Positions 19,790 to 27,090 of a DNA stretch of 38,744 nucleotides are shown in pieces. Within the stretch, counting starts at the first letter, position 1. Every line of letters starts with the position of its first letter. A program made the position numbers and the translations under genes. Under the pieces are notes generated by a model, which made no database searches, was not told where the DNA came from, and was given only the letters and a program-made list of their open reading frames with translations. Source of the DNA: Candidatus Omnitrophota bacterium (GTDB taxonomy: Bacteria > Omnitrophota > Gorgyraeia > Duberdicusellales > Duberdicusellaceae); the NCBI GenBank assembly GCA_003644445.1, contig QNCG01000003.1:1-38744 (forward strand), written 5' to 3'.

Positions 19790-21058
19790 CTAGCTTTTTT
19801 TATTCGGCTCAAATAATTCTTTAGGTACTTTAACTCCCATCTTATCAAATTTAGATAAAAAAGTAGGCAAAACACCCGTAGGAGAAAAAAAACCTCTTAC
19901 TTCTCCCTGAGGAGTTATTTCTTCTTGAGCAAAAGAGAATAAATCTTTGATAATTATATTATCTTCGGAATCTAAATCAACAATCTCACTTATCCGGGTA
20001 ACCTTTCTAGAACCATCTACTAATTGCTCCTGCTGAACCACTACTTCTAAACCCTGAGTAATCTGCCTTCTTATTGCCCAAATAGGCAGATTTACTCCTG
20101 AATAAAAAACCATTGTCTCTAACCTGCTAACTACATCTTCAGGTGAAGAAGCATGGATTACCGCTAAAATACCCCTATGCCCACTATTCAAAGCCTGAAG
20201 GAAATCTAAGGCTTCCTGGCCTCTTATTTCCCCTAAGATAATCCGGGAAGGCCTCATCCTTAAAGTATTTATAAATAAATCTCTTATAGCAACTTCTCCT
20301 TTGCCCTCTACATTAGGAGCCCGGGTTAAAAGTCTCACCACATGTTTCTGCCTAAGGTGTAATTCTAAAGCATCCTCAATAGTTATAATTCTTTCTGAAG
20401 GCTCAATATAAGAAGATAAAACTTCTAAAGTAGTGGTCTTTCCTACGCCAGTGGCTCCCGAAAAAATCATATTGATTTTAGCTTTTATACAAGCTTTAAG
20501 AAAATGAGCCATTTTTTCATCTAATGTCCCTAAGTTTATTAAGTCTTCCAAAGATTCTATTCGTTTCAAAAATTTTCTTATAGTTAATGTAGGCCCTTCC
20601 ACAGATAAGGGAGGCAATATCACATTAACTCTTGAGCCATCCTCCAAAGAAAAATCTACATAAGGAAAAGACTCATCCACTCTTCTCCCAGTAGGCCTTA
20701 TCATCTTCTCAATAATATAGCGAAGATGCTGCTCATTATCAAACTTAACTTCAGTTAAAAACTTTTTACCTTTTCTCTCTGCATAGACCTGGTAAGGACC
20801 ATTAACCATAATCTCAGTAACTTCCTCATCCTCTATAAGCTTTTGAAGAGGGCCCCATCCTAACAAGTCATTAATTATCTCTGAGGTAAGAATCTCCCTA
20901 TCTTTATCAGAGATAATTATTTGCCTTTCCTTCTCTAAACTTTCAAAAATGTCCTCTATTTTAGAGGTTATCTCTTCCTTACTAAAAGAACTTTTATCTC
21001 TTCCCAAACTTAAAAATAAGCTTTCTCTAAGAATCTTTTTAAGTCCAAGCTTATCCAT
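19790..21058 (-). CDS. cpaF: TadA/CpaF family pilus assembly ATPase (paralog between ispG and proS)
   Basis: VTEIMVNGP, RRVDES.PYVD, DGSRVN, TLTIRKF, Walker A GATGVGKTT, IEDALEL, LRMRPSRIILGEIRG, DGSRKV. Confidence 0.92.
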   Translation of the reverse strand: MDKLGLKKILRESLFLSLGRDKSSFSKEEITSKIEDIFESLEKERQIIISDKDREILTSEIINDLLGWGPLQKLIEDEEVTEIMVNGPYQVYAERKGKKFLTEVKFDNEQHLRYIIEKMIRPTGRRVDESFPYVDFSLEDGSRVNVILPPLSVEGPTLTIRKFLKRIESLEDLINLGTLDEKMAHFLKACIKAKINMIFSGATGVGKTTTLEVLSSYIEPSERIITIEDALELHLRQKHVVRLLTRAPNVEGKGEVAIRDLFINTLRMRPSRIILGEIRGQEALDFLQALNSGHRGILAVIHASSPEDVVSRLETMVFYSGVNLPIWAIRRQITQGLEVVVQQEQLVDGSRKVTRISEIVDLDSEDNIIIKDLFSFAQEEITPQGEVRGFFSPTGVLPTFLSKFDKMGVKVPKELFEPNKKS

Positions 21059-21059
21059 C

Positions 21060-22106
21060 CTAACTCCTTTTTAAAAAATACAGAAGAGTATCTAAGGAAC
21101 CCCTCTCCTCGATAGCTTTAATTATTTTACCTCTCTTAAAAAGAAGGGCTCTCCTTCCGGCAAAAGCTAAGCCTAAGTCTGAGGTGCTTGCTTCTCCCGG
21201 TCCGTTTACTACACAACCCATAAGAGCAACTTTCATATTTTTATTATACAGGCTATCTTTGTTCTTATAAACCATTTCTTTAAATTTCTCTACTTTTTTC
21301 TTTAAATCTACCTTACACCGCGAACAGGTAGGGCAAGATATTATCTCAGGATAAAAATACCCCTTCCCTAAAGATTGGAGTATCCAGCCTGCGGTTCTTA
21401 CTTCCTCCCAAGAAGAAGAGTTCAAAGAGACTCTTATAGCTGAACCTATACCTTGATATATAAGAATCCCCAGAGTAAGGCAACTTTTTATCAAACCCTC
21501 ATAAAGAGGGCCGGTGGCAGTTAAACCGAGATGAATGGGGTAAGGCAACTTCTTATAAAGAATCTGATTAGCTAAAATTGTAGCTAAACAAGACTCAGCC
21601 TTAGCTGAAACCATTATTCTCTTAAAGTTTAAACTCTCCAAAAATTCTACATAAGAAAAGACCTTCTTAACCATAGCCTGGGCTAATTCTCTACTATCCA
21701 TCCTTTTTTTAAATCCTCCGGAGTTAACACCTACTCTTATGGGCGTGGATTTTTCTTTAGCCAGTTTTGCAATCTTTGTTAGATGAGATTTTTTGTAGAT
21801 ATTTAAAGGATTCAACCTTAAACAGTCTACCCCTTTCTCTAATGCTGAGAGAGCTAACCTATAGTTAAAGTGGATATCTGCCTCTAAAGGAATGTCTATT
21901 AATTTTCTTAATCGATCTATTACCTTTAAATCTCCCTCCTTCTCTATAGCTACTCTTAAGATTTGGCAACCTTCTTGTTTAAGAAGTTTAACCTCTTTTA
22001 AAAAGTTCTTGTTATCTTCTAAGGAAGTTTTAATCATTCCTTTTATAACTATAGAGTTTTTACCTCCTAATTTTAAATTACTTACTTTTATAACTTTTTT
22101 CCTCAT
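21060..22106 (-). CDS. ispG: (E)-4-hydroxy-3-methylbut-2-enyl-diphosphate synthase (divergent)
   Basis: ADIHF, IRVGVN, IRVSL, [4Fe-4S] motifs SCPTCSR and MGCVVNGPGEA; position after rseP. Confidence 0.94.
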   Translation of the reverse strand: MRKKVIKVSNLKLGGKNSIVIKGMIKTSLEDNKNFLKEVKLLKQEGCQILRVAIEKEGDLKVIDRLRKLIDIPLEADIHFNYRLALSALEKGVDCLRLNPLNIYKKSHLTKIAKLAKEKSTPIRVGVNSGGFKKRMDSRELAQAMVKKVFSYVEFLESLNFKRIMVSAKAESCLATILANQILYKKLPYPIHLGLTATGPLYEGLIKSCLTLGILIYQGIGSAIRVSLNSSSWEEVRTAGWILQSLGKGYFYPEIISCPTCSRCKVDLKKKVEKFKEMVYKNKDSLYNKNMKVALMGCVVNGPGEASTSDLGLAFAGRRALLFKRGKIIKAIEERGSLDTLLYFLKRS

Positions 22107-23170
22107 TATTTACTAAATATTTTAGAACCAAACCTGATAATATCATTATAGAGAACAAAGAATATTAAAAGAAAAATAAAGGATATTCCTATCTTAGTAA
22201 TTATCTCCTCTGTCTTTAATGAAAGAGGTTTTCTCCTTATCTTCTCTAAGCCTAAAAGAAAAATGTGTCCTCCATCTAAAACTGGCAAGGGTAAAATATT
22301 AAAAATTGCTAAACTCATACTTAAGACTGCCATAAGGTGGAGTACAGAAGAAAGCCCCCAGCTTACAGCTTGTTTAGTAATATAATATATACCTAAAGGA
22401 CCAGTAAGAGTCTCTCTAAAGGGAAGGGCTCCTATTACTATATAAAATAAAGCCTTAAAAGTAAGAAAAGTAAACCTCAGTAAACTCAAACTTCCCTCTA
22501 TAATCGCTCTTAAAGGGGTGTATCTTAATTTAACCACCTCTTGAGAAGGATAAATCCCGATAAAAGAAAAGACTCTCTTTCTTCCCAAGAGATCTTTTAC
22601 TTCTTCTCTCTTAGGAGTAATAGTAAATCTCACTTTTTCCCCATTTCTTAAAACTACTACCTCTATTTGTTTGAGGTTAGTATTATGGATTACTTCAGTT
22701 ATATCCTGCCAGGTCTTTGTAGGTTTGCCTTCTACTTCTAAGATTATATCTTGCTCTTTAATTCCGGCTTTTTCTGCTGGCCAGCCCGGTTTGAGTTTTC
22801 CCACCCGGTTAGAAGGAAGTTCTACTCCGGCCAGGAAAACAAGACAGAATAAAATCCAACTAAATAAATAATTAAACAAAGGACCAGCTAATATTATTTT
22901 AGCTCTCCTCCCCAAAGGTTTAGACAAAAACTCCCAAGGTTTTCTTTGATACTCCTGGCGTTCAAAACCAGCCAATTTAACATAACCTCCCCACAAGATA
23001 AGAGATATATAAAGGTCAAATGTCCTGAACTTAAATTTAGCCAAGGGAGGCCCAAACCCTATGGAGAAGACCTCCACTTTTACCCCTGAAGCCTTAGCTA
23101 AAAGAAAATGGCCCAGTTCGTGAACCACTACTAAAATTCCTAAAATGAGAATAAATACCAGCACACTCAT
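22106..23170 (-). CDS. rseP: RIP metalloprotease RseP (M50) with PDZ domain
   Basis: HELGH, FSIGFGP, GGYVKL, AGPLFN, NILPLPVLDGGH. Confidence 0.97.
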   Translation of the reverse strand: MSVLVFILILGILVVVHELGHFLLAKASGVKVEVFSIGFGPPLAKFKFRTFDLYISLILWGGYVKLAGFERQEYQRKPWEFLSKPLGRRAKIILAGPLFNYLFSWILFCLVFLAGVELPSNRVGKLKPGWPAEKAGIKEQDIILEVEGKPTKTWQDITEVIHNTNLKQIEVVVLRNGEKVRFTITPKREEVKDLLGRKRVFSFIGIYPSQEVVKLRYTPLRAIIEGSLSLLRFTFLTFKALFYIVIGALPFRETLTGPLGIYYITKQAVSWGLSSVLHLMAVLSMSLAIFNILPLPVLDGGHIFLLGLEKIRRKPLSLKTEEIITKIGISFIFLLIFFVLYNDIIRFGSKIFSK

Positions 23171-23184
23171 ATTCTAAAATAAGT

Positions 23185-24318
23185 TTAAAACACTAATTCT
23201 TTTACTTTCTCCCTAGCCCAAGCTTCCCAATAATAAACATCTTCTAAAGAAGTAATGTCTCTTGGTTTATGCTTGGCAATCACTCTTTCTATAATCTTAG
23301 AGATGTCAGAAAAACCGACTTTCCCCTTAAGATAGAGGTCTACTACTTCCTCATCTGCAGAAACTAAAACCGTGGGGAAACTTTTTTCTTTGTTAGCTAC
23401 AAAATAAGCCAAATTAAGTAGAGGAAACTTTTTATAATCAGGCAGGAAAAATTCTAAGCCTTTTATCTTATCTAAAAGGAGCTTCTTTCCTTTTAAAGAA
23501 AATTTATCTATTCCTAATCCTGAAGAAATAGGTATTCTCATATCGGGATAAAACATACAAGAAATTAAACTCTTATCTCTCTTTTCCAAAAAGGCATGGA
23601 CTACTGATTGAGGATGAATAAGTATCTTTATATTTTCTGAGTCTATATTAAATAACCTCTTTATCTCTATCACCTCAAAACCCTTATTCATAAGAGTGGC
23701 TGAATCTACTGAGATTTTCTTACCCATCTTCCATACCGGATGTCTTATTGCCTCTTTAGCTTTAACGTTCTTAATAATTTCTTTAGGTTTATCCCAGAAA
23801 GGACCCCCTGAGGCTGTAAGATAAACACAAAGAATATCTTCTCTATCTTCTTTCTTAAGAAGATTAAGTACCGCCCAGGCTTCACTATCTACAGGAAATA
23901 GTTCGGTATTCCTATTCTTTGCTCTCTCTTTTATAATCTCACCTGCAGAGATAATTGCTTCTTTATTAGCTAAAAGAACCTTTTTAGCCTTCCCCAAACA
24001 AGAAAACAAAGGCTTAAGAGCAGAAAGACCGGGCACTCCTAAAACTAAAATATCACATTCTTTCTTAGAAAGTTCCCCCAAACCTTCCTCTCCTGCTAAT
24101 ATCTTCAGGCCTTTATTAATTCTGAGAGTTTTAGCTTTTCCTTTATCTAAAATACTTACATAAGAAGGTCTAAATTCCTTTATCTGCTTATTAAGAAGAG
24201 ACGTATTCCTCCTTGCTGAAAGACCTATTACTTCAAATTTATCAGGATTTTCTTTTACGACCTTTAAAGTAGCTCTTCCAATAGAGCCTGTGGAACCTAA
24301 AATAATTATCCTCTTCAT
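23185..24318 (-). CDS. dxr: 1-deoxy-D-xylulose-5-phosphate reductoisomerase
   Basis: LGSTGSIG, LANKE, PVDSE, LTASGGPF, HPVWKMGKKISVDSATLMNKG, PDMRIPI. ATG at 24318; an in-frame GTG lies at 24321. Confidence 0.96.
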   Translation of the reverse strand: MKRIIILGSTGSIGRATLKVVKENPDKFEVIGLSARRNTSLLNKQIKEFRPSYVSILDKGKAKTLRINKGLKILAGEEGLGELSKKECDILVLGVPGLSALKPLFSCLGKAKKVLLANKEAIISAGEIIKERAKNRNTELFPVDSEAWAVLNLLKKEDREDILCVYLTASGGPFWDKPKEIIKNVKAKEAIRHPVWKMGKKISVDSATLMNKGFEVIEIKRLFNIDSENIKILIHPQSVVHAFLEKRDKSLISCMFYPDMRIPISSGLGIDKFSLKGKKLLLDKIKGLEFFLPDYKKFPLLNLAYFVANKEKSFPTVLVSADEEVVDLYLKGKVGFSDISKIIERVIAKHKPRDITSLEDVYYWEAWAREKVKELVF

Positions 24319-24330
24319 CACTTTGGTTTT

Positions 24331-25155
24331 TTATTTGAATAGAAGATAGTAAAAGGAAATATTTTTAAACATAGTAACATAAAAATAAAATACTGGTGCA
24401 GAAAAAATTAAACTATCAATAACATCCAATACTCCTCCCATACCCAGTAAAATCCTTCCTGAATCTTTAACCTGGCAATCTCTTTTTAATAAAGACTCAA
24501 ATAAATCTCCTAATTGGCCAACTACTCCTAAAATTAACCCCAGGCCCATAACTTGGAAAATAGTAAAATTATCAAGCCAGGCTCTAAATAATAGAGCAAA
24601 TATTACACTAAAAACTAATCCTCCTGCTGCTCCCTCTATAGATTTATTAGGACTTACTCTTTTTAGCAAGGGATGTCTTCCCCAAAGACTGCCTATAATA
24701 TAAGCCCCTAAATCCTGGGCTTTAACTACTAAAATCAAAAATCCTAAAAGAAAGACCCCTCCTTCTAAATTTCTAATTCTTAAGATAAAACTAAAACACC
24801 AGGAAACATATAAAACTCCAAAAACTGTTGCTGAGATAGAAAGAATAGTCTCCTGATTTTCCTTGCGAGTTAGTTCTAACAAGAAAAGTATAAACAAACC
24901 ACACACTATTAAAAATAATTGCCATTCCCGGGTTATAGGAAATTGAAAAAATATAGAAATAGGGATGAAGGCGCCCAGTATCAACCCAAAAAACTTAAAC
25001 AGCCTCACCTTCTTTTTCTCGATCATCAGGAAGAATTCCCAAAGCCCTGTAAGAATAAAGAGAACAACCATTAAAAGACACAGAGGTCTAAAAATTATAG
25101 AAAGAATAGTTATCCCTATTAAGAGTAAACTACTTCTAATTCTCTTGGCTACCAT
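24331..25155 (-). CDS. cdsA: Phosphatidate cytidylyltransferase
   Basis: Polytopic membrane protein with SPNKSIEG, GDLFESLLKR, KDSG...GGVLD..DS. Confidence 0.95.
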   Translation of the reverse strand: MVAKRIRSSLLLIGITILSIIFRPLCLLMVVLFILTGLWEFFLMIEKKKVRLFKFFGLILGAFIPISIFFQFPITREWQLFLIVCGLFILFLLELTRKENQETILSISATVFGVLYVSWCFSFILRIRNLEGGVFLLGFLILVVKAQDLGAYIIGSLWGRHPLLKRVSPNKSIEGAAGGLVFSVIFALLFRAWLDNFTIFQVMGLGLILGVVGQLGDLFESLLKRDCQVKDSGRILLGMGGVLDVIDSLIFSAPVFYFYVTMFKNISFYYLLFK

Positions 25156-25852
25156 CTTTTAAACCTCCAAATCTTCTCTTTCTTTGAGAAAAGGCCTCTA
25201 AGGCTTTATCAAAATCAGCTTCATAAAAATCTGGCCACAAAGTTTCAGTAAAATAGAGCTCAGAGTAAGCTAACCTCCAGAGAAAGAAATTACTGATTCT
25301 CTTTTCTCCGGAAGTTCTAATTAACAAATCTAAATCAGGGATAAAAGGACTATAGAGATAATCTTTAAAGCTATCCTCATTTAGAGGCAAGTCAATTTTT
25401 TTCTCTTGATAATCTAAAATGATGCTATTTACTGCATCTACAATTTCGGCTCTTCCTCCGTAATTTAAAGCTATATTCAGGATAAAATCTCTATTATCTT
25501 TTGTAAGTATTACTGCTTCTTCTATCTGACTTATTAGACGTGGTGGTAACCCCCTTCTTCTTCCCATTACATTCAAGCCCACCCCTCTATCTTTCAATTT
25601 CTGCTTATTCTTTACTAAGTATTCTTCTAAATAGGAAAACAAAAAATCAATCTCCTGCTTAGGCCTCTTCCAGTTCTCAGTAGAAAAAGCAAATAAACTC
25701 AGGATTTTTACTCCTCTCTTCTGAGCGTATTTAGAAATCCTCTCTACATTTTCTATTCCTTTGCGGTGACCAAAACTCCTGGGCAAACCTCTCCTCTTAG
25801 CCCACCGTCCATTTCCATCCATAATTATCCCTACATGCTCTGGAAGATTCAT
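25136..25852 (-). CDS. uppS: Undecaprenyl diphosphate synthase (isoprenyl transferase)
   Basis: IIMDGNGRWA, FSTENWKRP, NYGGRAEI, LIRTSGEKRISNF, WPDF, RRFGG. Confidence 0.97.
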   Translation of the reverse strand: MNLPEHVGIIMDGNGRWAKRRGLPRSFGHRKGIENVERISKYAQKRGVKILSLFAFSTENWKRPKQEIDFLFSYLEEYLVKNKQKLKDRGVGLNVMGRRRGLPPRLISQIEEAVILTKDNRDFILNIALNYGGRAEIVDAVNSIILDYQEKKIDLPLNEDSFKDYLYSPFIPDLDLLIRTSGEKRISNFFLWRLAYSELYFTETLWPDFYEADFDKALEAFSQRKRRFGGLKDGSQEN

Positions 25853-25859
25853 TCTCTAC

Positions 25860-25884
25860 AAAAAAAGGGGCTCTCCAGCCCCTT
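25860..25884 (-). terminator. Intrinsic terminator-like hairpin just upstream of uppS
   Basis: On the - strand: AAGGGGCT-GGAG-AGCCCCTT (8-bp stem) running into a 7-U tract (A at 25860-25866). Confidence 0.75.
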
Positions 25885-25920
25885 CCCTCAGAAATCAGTA
25901 AAAAGAAGTAACTTCTCTCC

Positions 25921-26268
25921 TTAAAGAGTATCCTTTTTCATTAATTCTTCACTTAGACTTTGCTCTAATTTTTCCTTTAATTTCTTTAATTTTTCCAACT
26001 CTAATCTCAATTCTCCGATTAACTTCTCTTTAGAAACTAAAACTTCCTTAGTAGAGTTAAGTTGACTTTCCAAATCTCCTATCTTCTTTAAGAGATTACC
26101 TTTTTCCTTTTCTAAACTGCTTACTCTTTCTTCTGCTTTCATCCTCAGACTTTTTTCTTTGGAAGAATATTTATGAGCTTTATTAAGCTGATAGCCTAAA
26201 GAGAAAACCACAATTAATAAAAGTACAATAACCCCTACTAGAAATCCTAAAATCGGCGAATCCTTCAT
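25921..26268 (-). CDS. Hypothetical single-pass membrane protein with coiled-coil domain
   Basis: Strong SD (AGGAGG), N-terminal hydrophobic helix, heptad-like K/E/L-rich C-terminus. Confidence 0.8.
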   Translation of the reverse strand: MKDSPILGFLVGVIVLLLIVVFSLGYQLNKAHKYSSKEKSLRMKAEERVSSLEKEKGNLLKKIGDLESQLNSTKEVLVSKEKLIGELRLELEKLKKLKEKLEQSLSEELMKKDTL

Positions 26269-26291
26269 CTAACCTACCTCCTTAAAATTTT

Positions 26292-26394
26292 ACCCCGCAC
26301 CACCAGAAAGCTACGCTTCTAAACCTGCAGATAAAGGAAAATATCTCAAAGGACCATGTCCACAAGCCACGGCTATTAAGCCGTGGTGCGAGGT
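26292..26394. mobile_element. Miniature palindromic element (REP/MITE-like, with IS200/IS605-end-like hairpin)
   Basis: GC-rich island. Terminal imperfect IR ACCCCGCACCAC (26292-26303) / GTGGTGCGAGGT (26383-26394), 11 of 12 matching. Internal hairpin AAG-CCACGGCT-ATTA-AGCCGTGG (26364-26386). Confidence 0.5.
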
Positions 26395-27036
26395 TTACTT
26401 AAGAATCTCTTCTCGAGCTTCTGGTTCTTCCACTTCTAATTTTTTTACCAAGCGAGGAAGGACTACTATTTCTACCCGACGATTTAACTGTCTTCCTTCA
26501 GGGGTATCATTGGAAGCTACAGGTCTATATTCTCCATAACCAATAGCTGAGAGACGAGAAGGGTTTATTCCTTTCTCTTCCAAATAATGTAAAACACTTA
26601 GAGCCCGGTGAGTAGATAACTCCCAGTTAGATTTCCAGCCCGAATATTTTATAGGCTGATTATCAGTATGACCTTCTATACCTACATTGTGATTTCTAAG
26701 TTCTTCTTTTAAAATTTTAGCCACCTTATCTAATATAGGAAAACTCTCCTGACGAAGCTCAGCCTTCCCCGAATCAAAAAGAACTTCTGCCAAAACCGTA
26801 ATAACTAAACCTCTCTCTTCCATTTTAAGTTTTACTTCTTTATCTCTTATTTCTTTAGAAAGCCTTTCTTCTAACAAAGTCTTAGCAGACCTAAGCTCAG
26901 CTAACTCTTGTTCTAACTGCTTTATTTTTTCTAAGTCTGAACGCCGACCTTTCTGAACTACTAAAGCACACCCTGATAAATAAGTAATAACTAATAAACT
27001 AAAACTTACTAGAGTAAATATCTTAAAATATCTCAT
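26395..27036 (-). CDS. OmpA/MotB-family peptidoglycan-binding lipoprotein with coiled-coil linker
   Basis: Lipobox LSGC after a hydrophobic signal; LFDSGKA, IEGHTDN, NWELSTHRA, GYGEYRP, NRRVEI. Confidence 0.9.
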   Translation of the reverse strand: MRYFKIFTLVSFSLLVITYLSGCALVVQKGRRSDLEKIKQLEQELAELRSAKTLLEERLSKEIRDKEVKLKMEERGLVITVLAEVLFDSGKAELRQESFPILDKVAKILKEELRNHNVGIEGHTDNQPIKYSGWKSNWELSTHRALSVLHYLEEKGINPSRLSAIGYGEYRPVASNDTPEGRQLNRRVEIVVLPRLVKKLEVEEPEAREEILK

Positions 27037-27060
27037 AATCCACCCCTTTATTTTGTCAAC

Positions 27061-27089
27061 ATCTTATCACAACCCCTCTAAGTAGTCAA
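27061..27089 (-). promoter_or_regulatory. Putative sigma70 promoter of the OmpA/MotB-like gene
   Basis: On the - strand: TTGACT (27089-27084), 17 nt ending in TGA, then TAAGAT (27066-27061). This is an extended -10 pattern about 25 nt before the ATG. Confidence 0.65.
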
Positions 27090-27090
27090 G

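Noticed and set aside
17288-21058. Conjugative VirB11/TrbB ATPases of an integrated element
   Set aside because: No integrase, relaxase, T4SS genes, att repeats or evident composition shift; length and motifs fit CpaF/TadA, and the genes are interleaved with proS.
26395-27036. Flagellar stator MotB
   Set aside because: It has a lipobox rather than the Asp-containing TM helix, and there is no motA or flagellar gene in the window.
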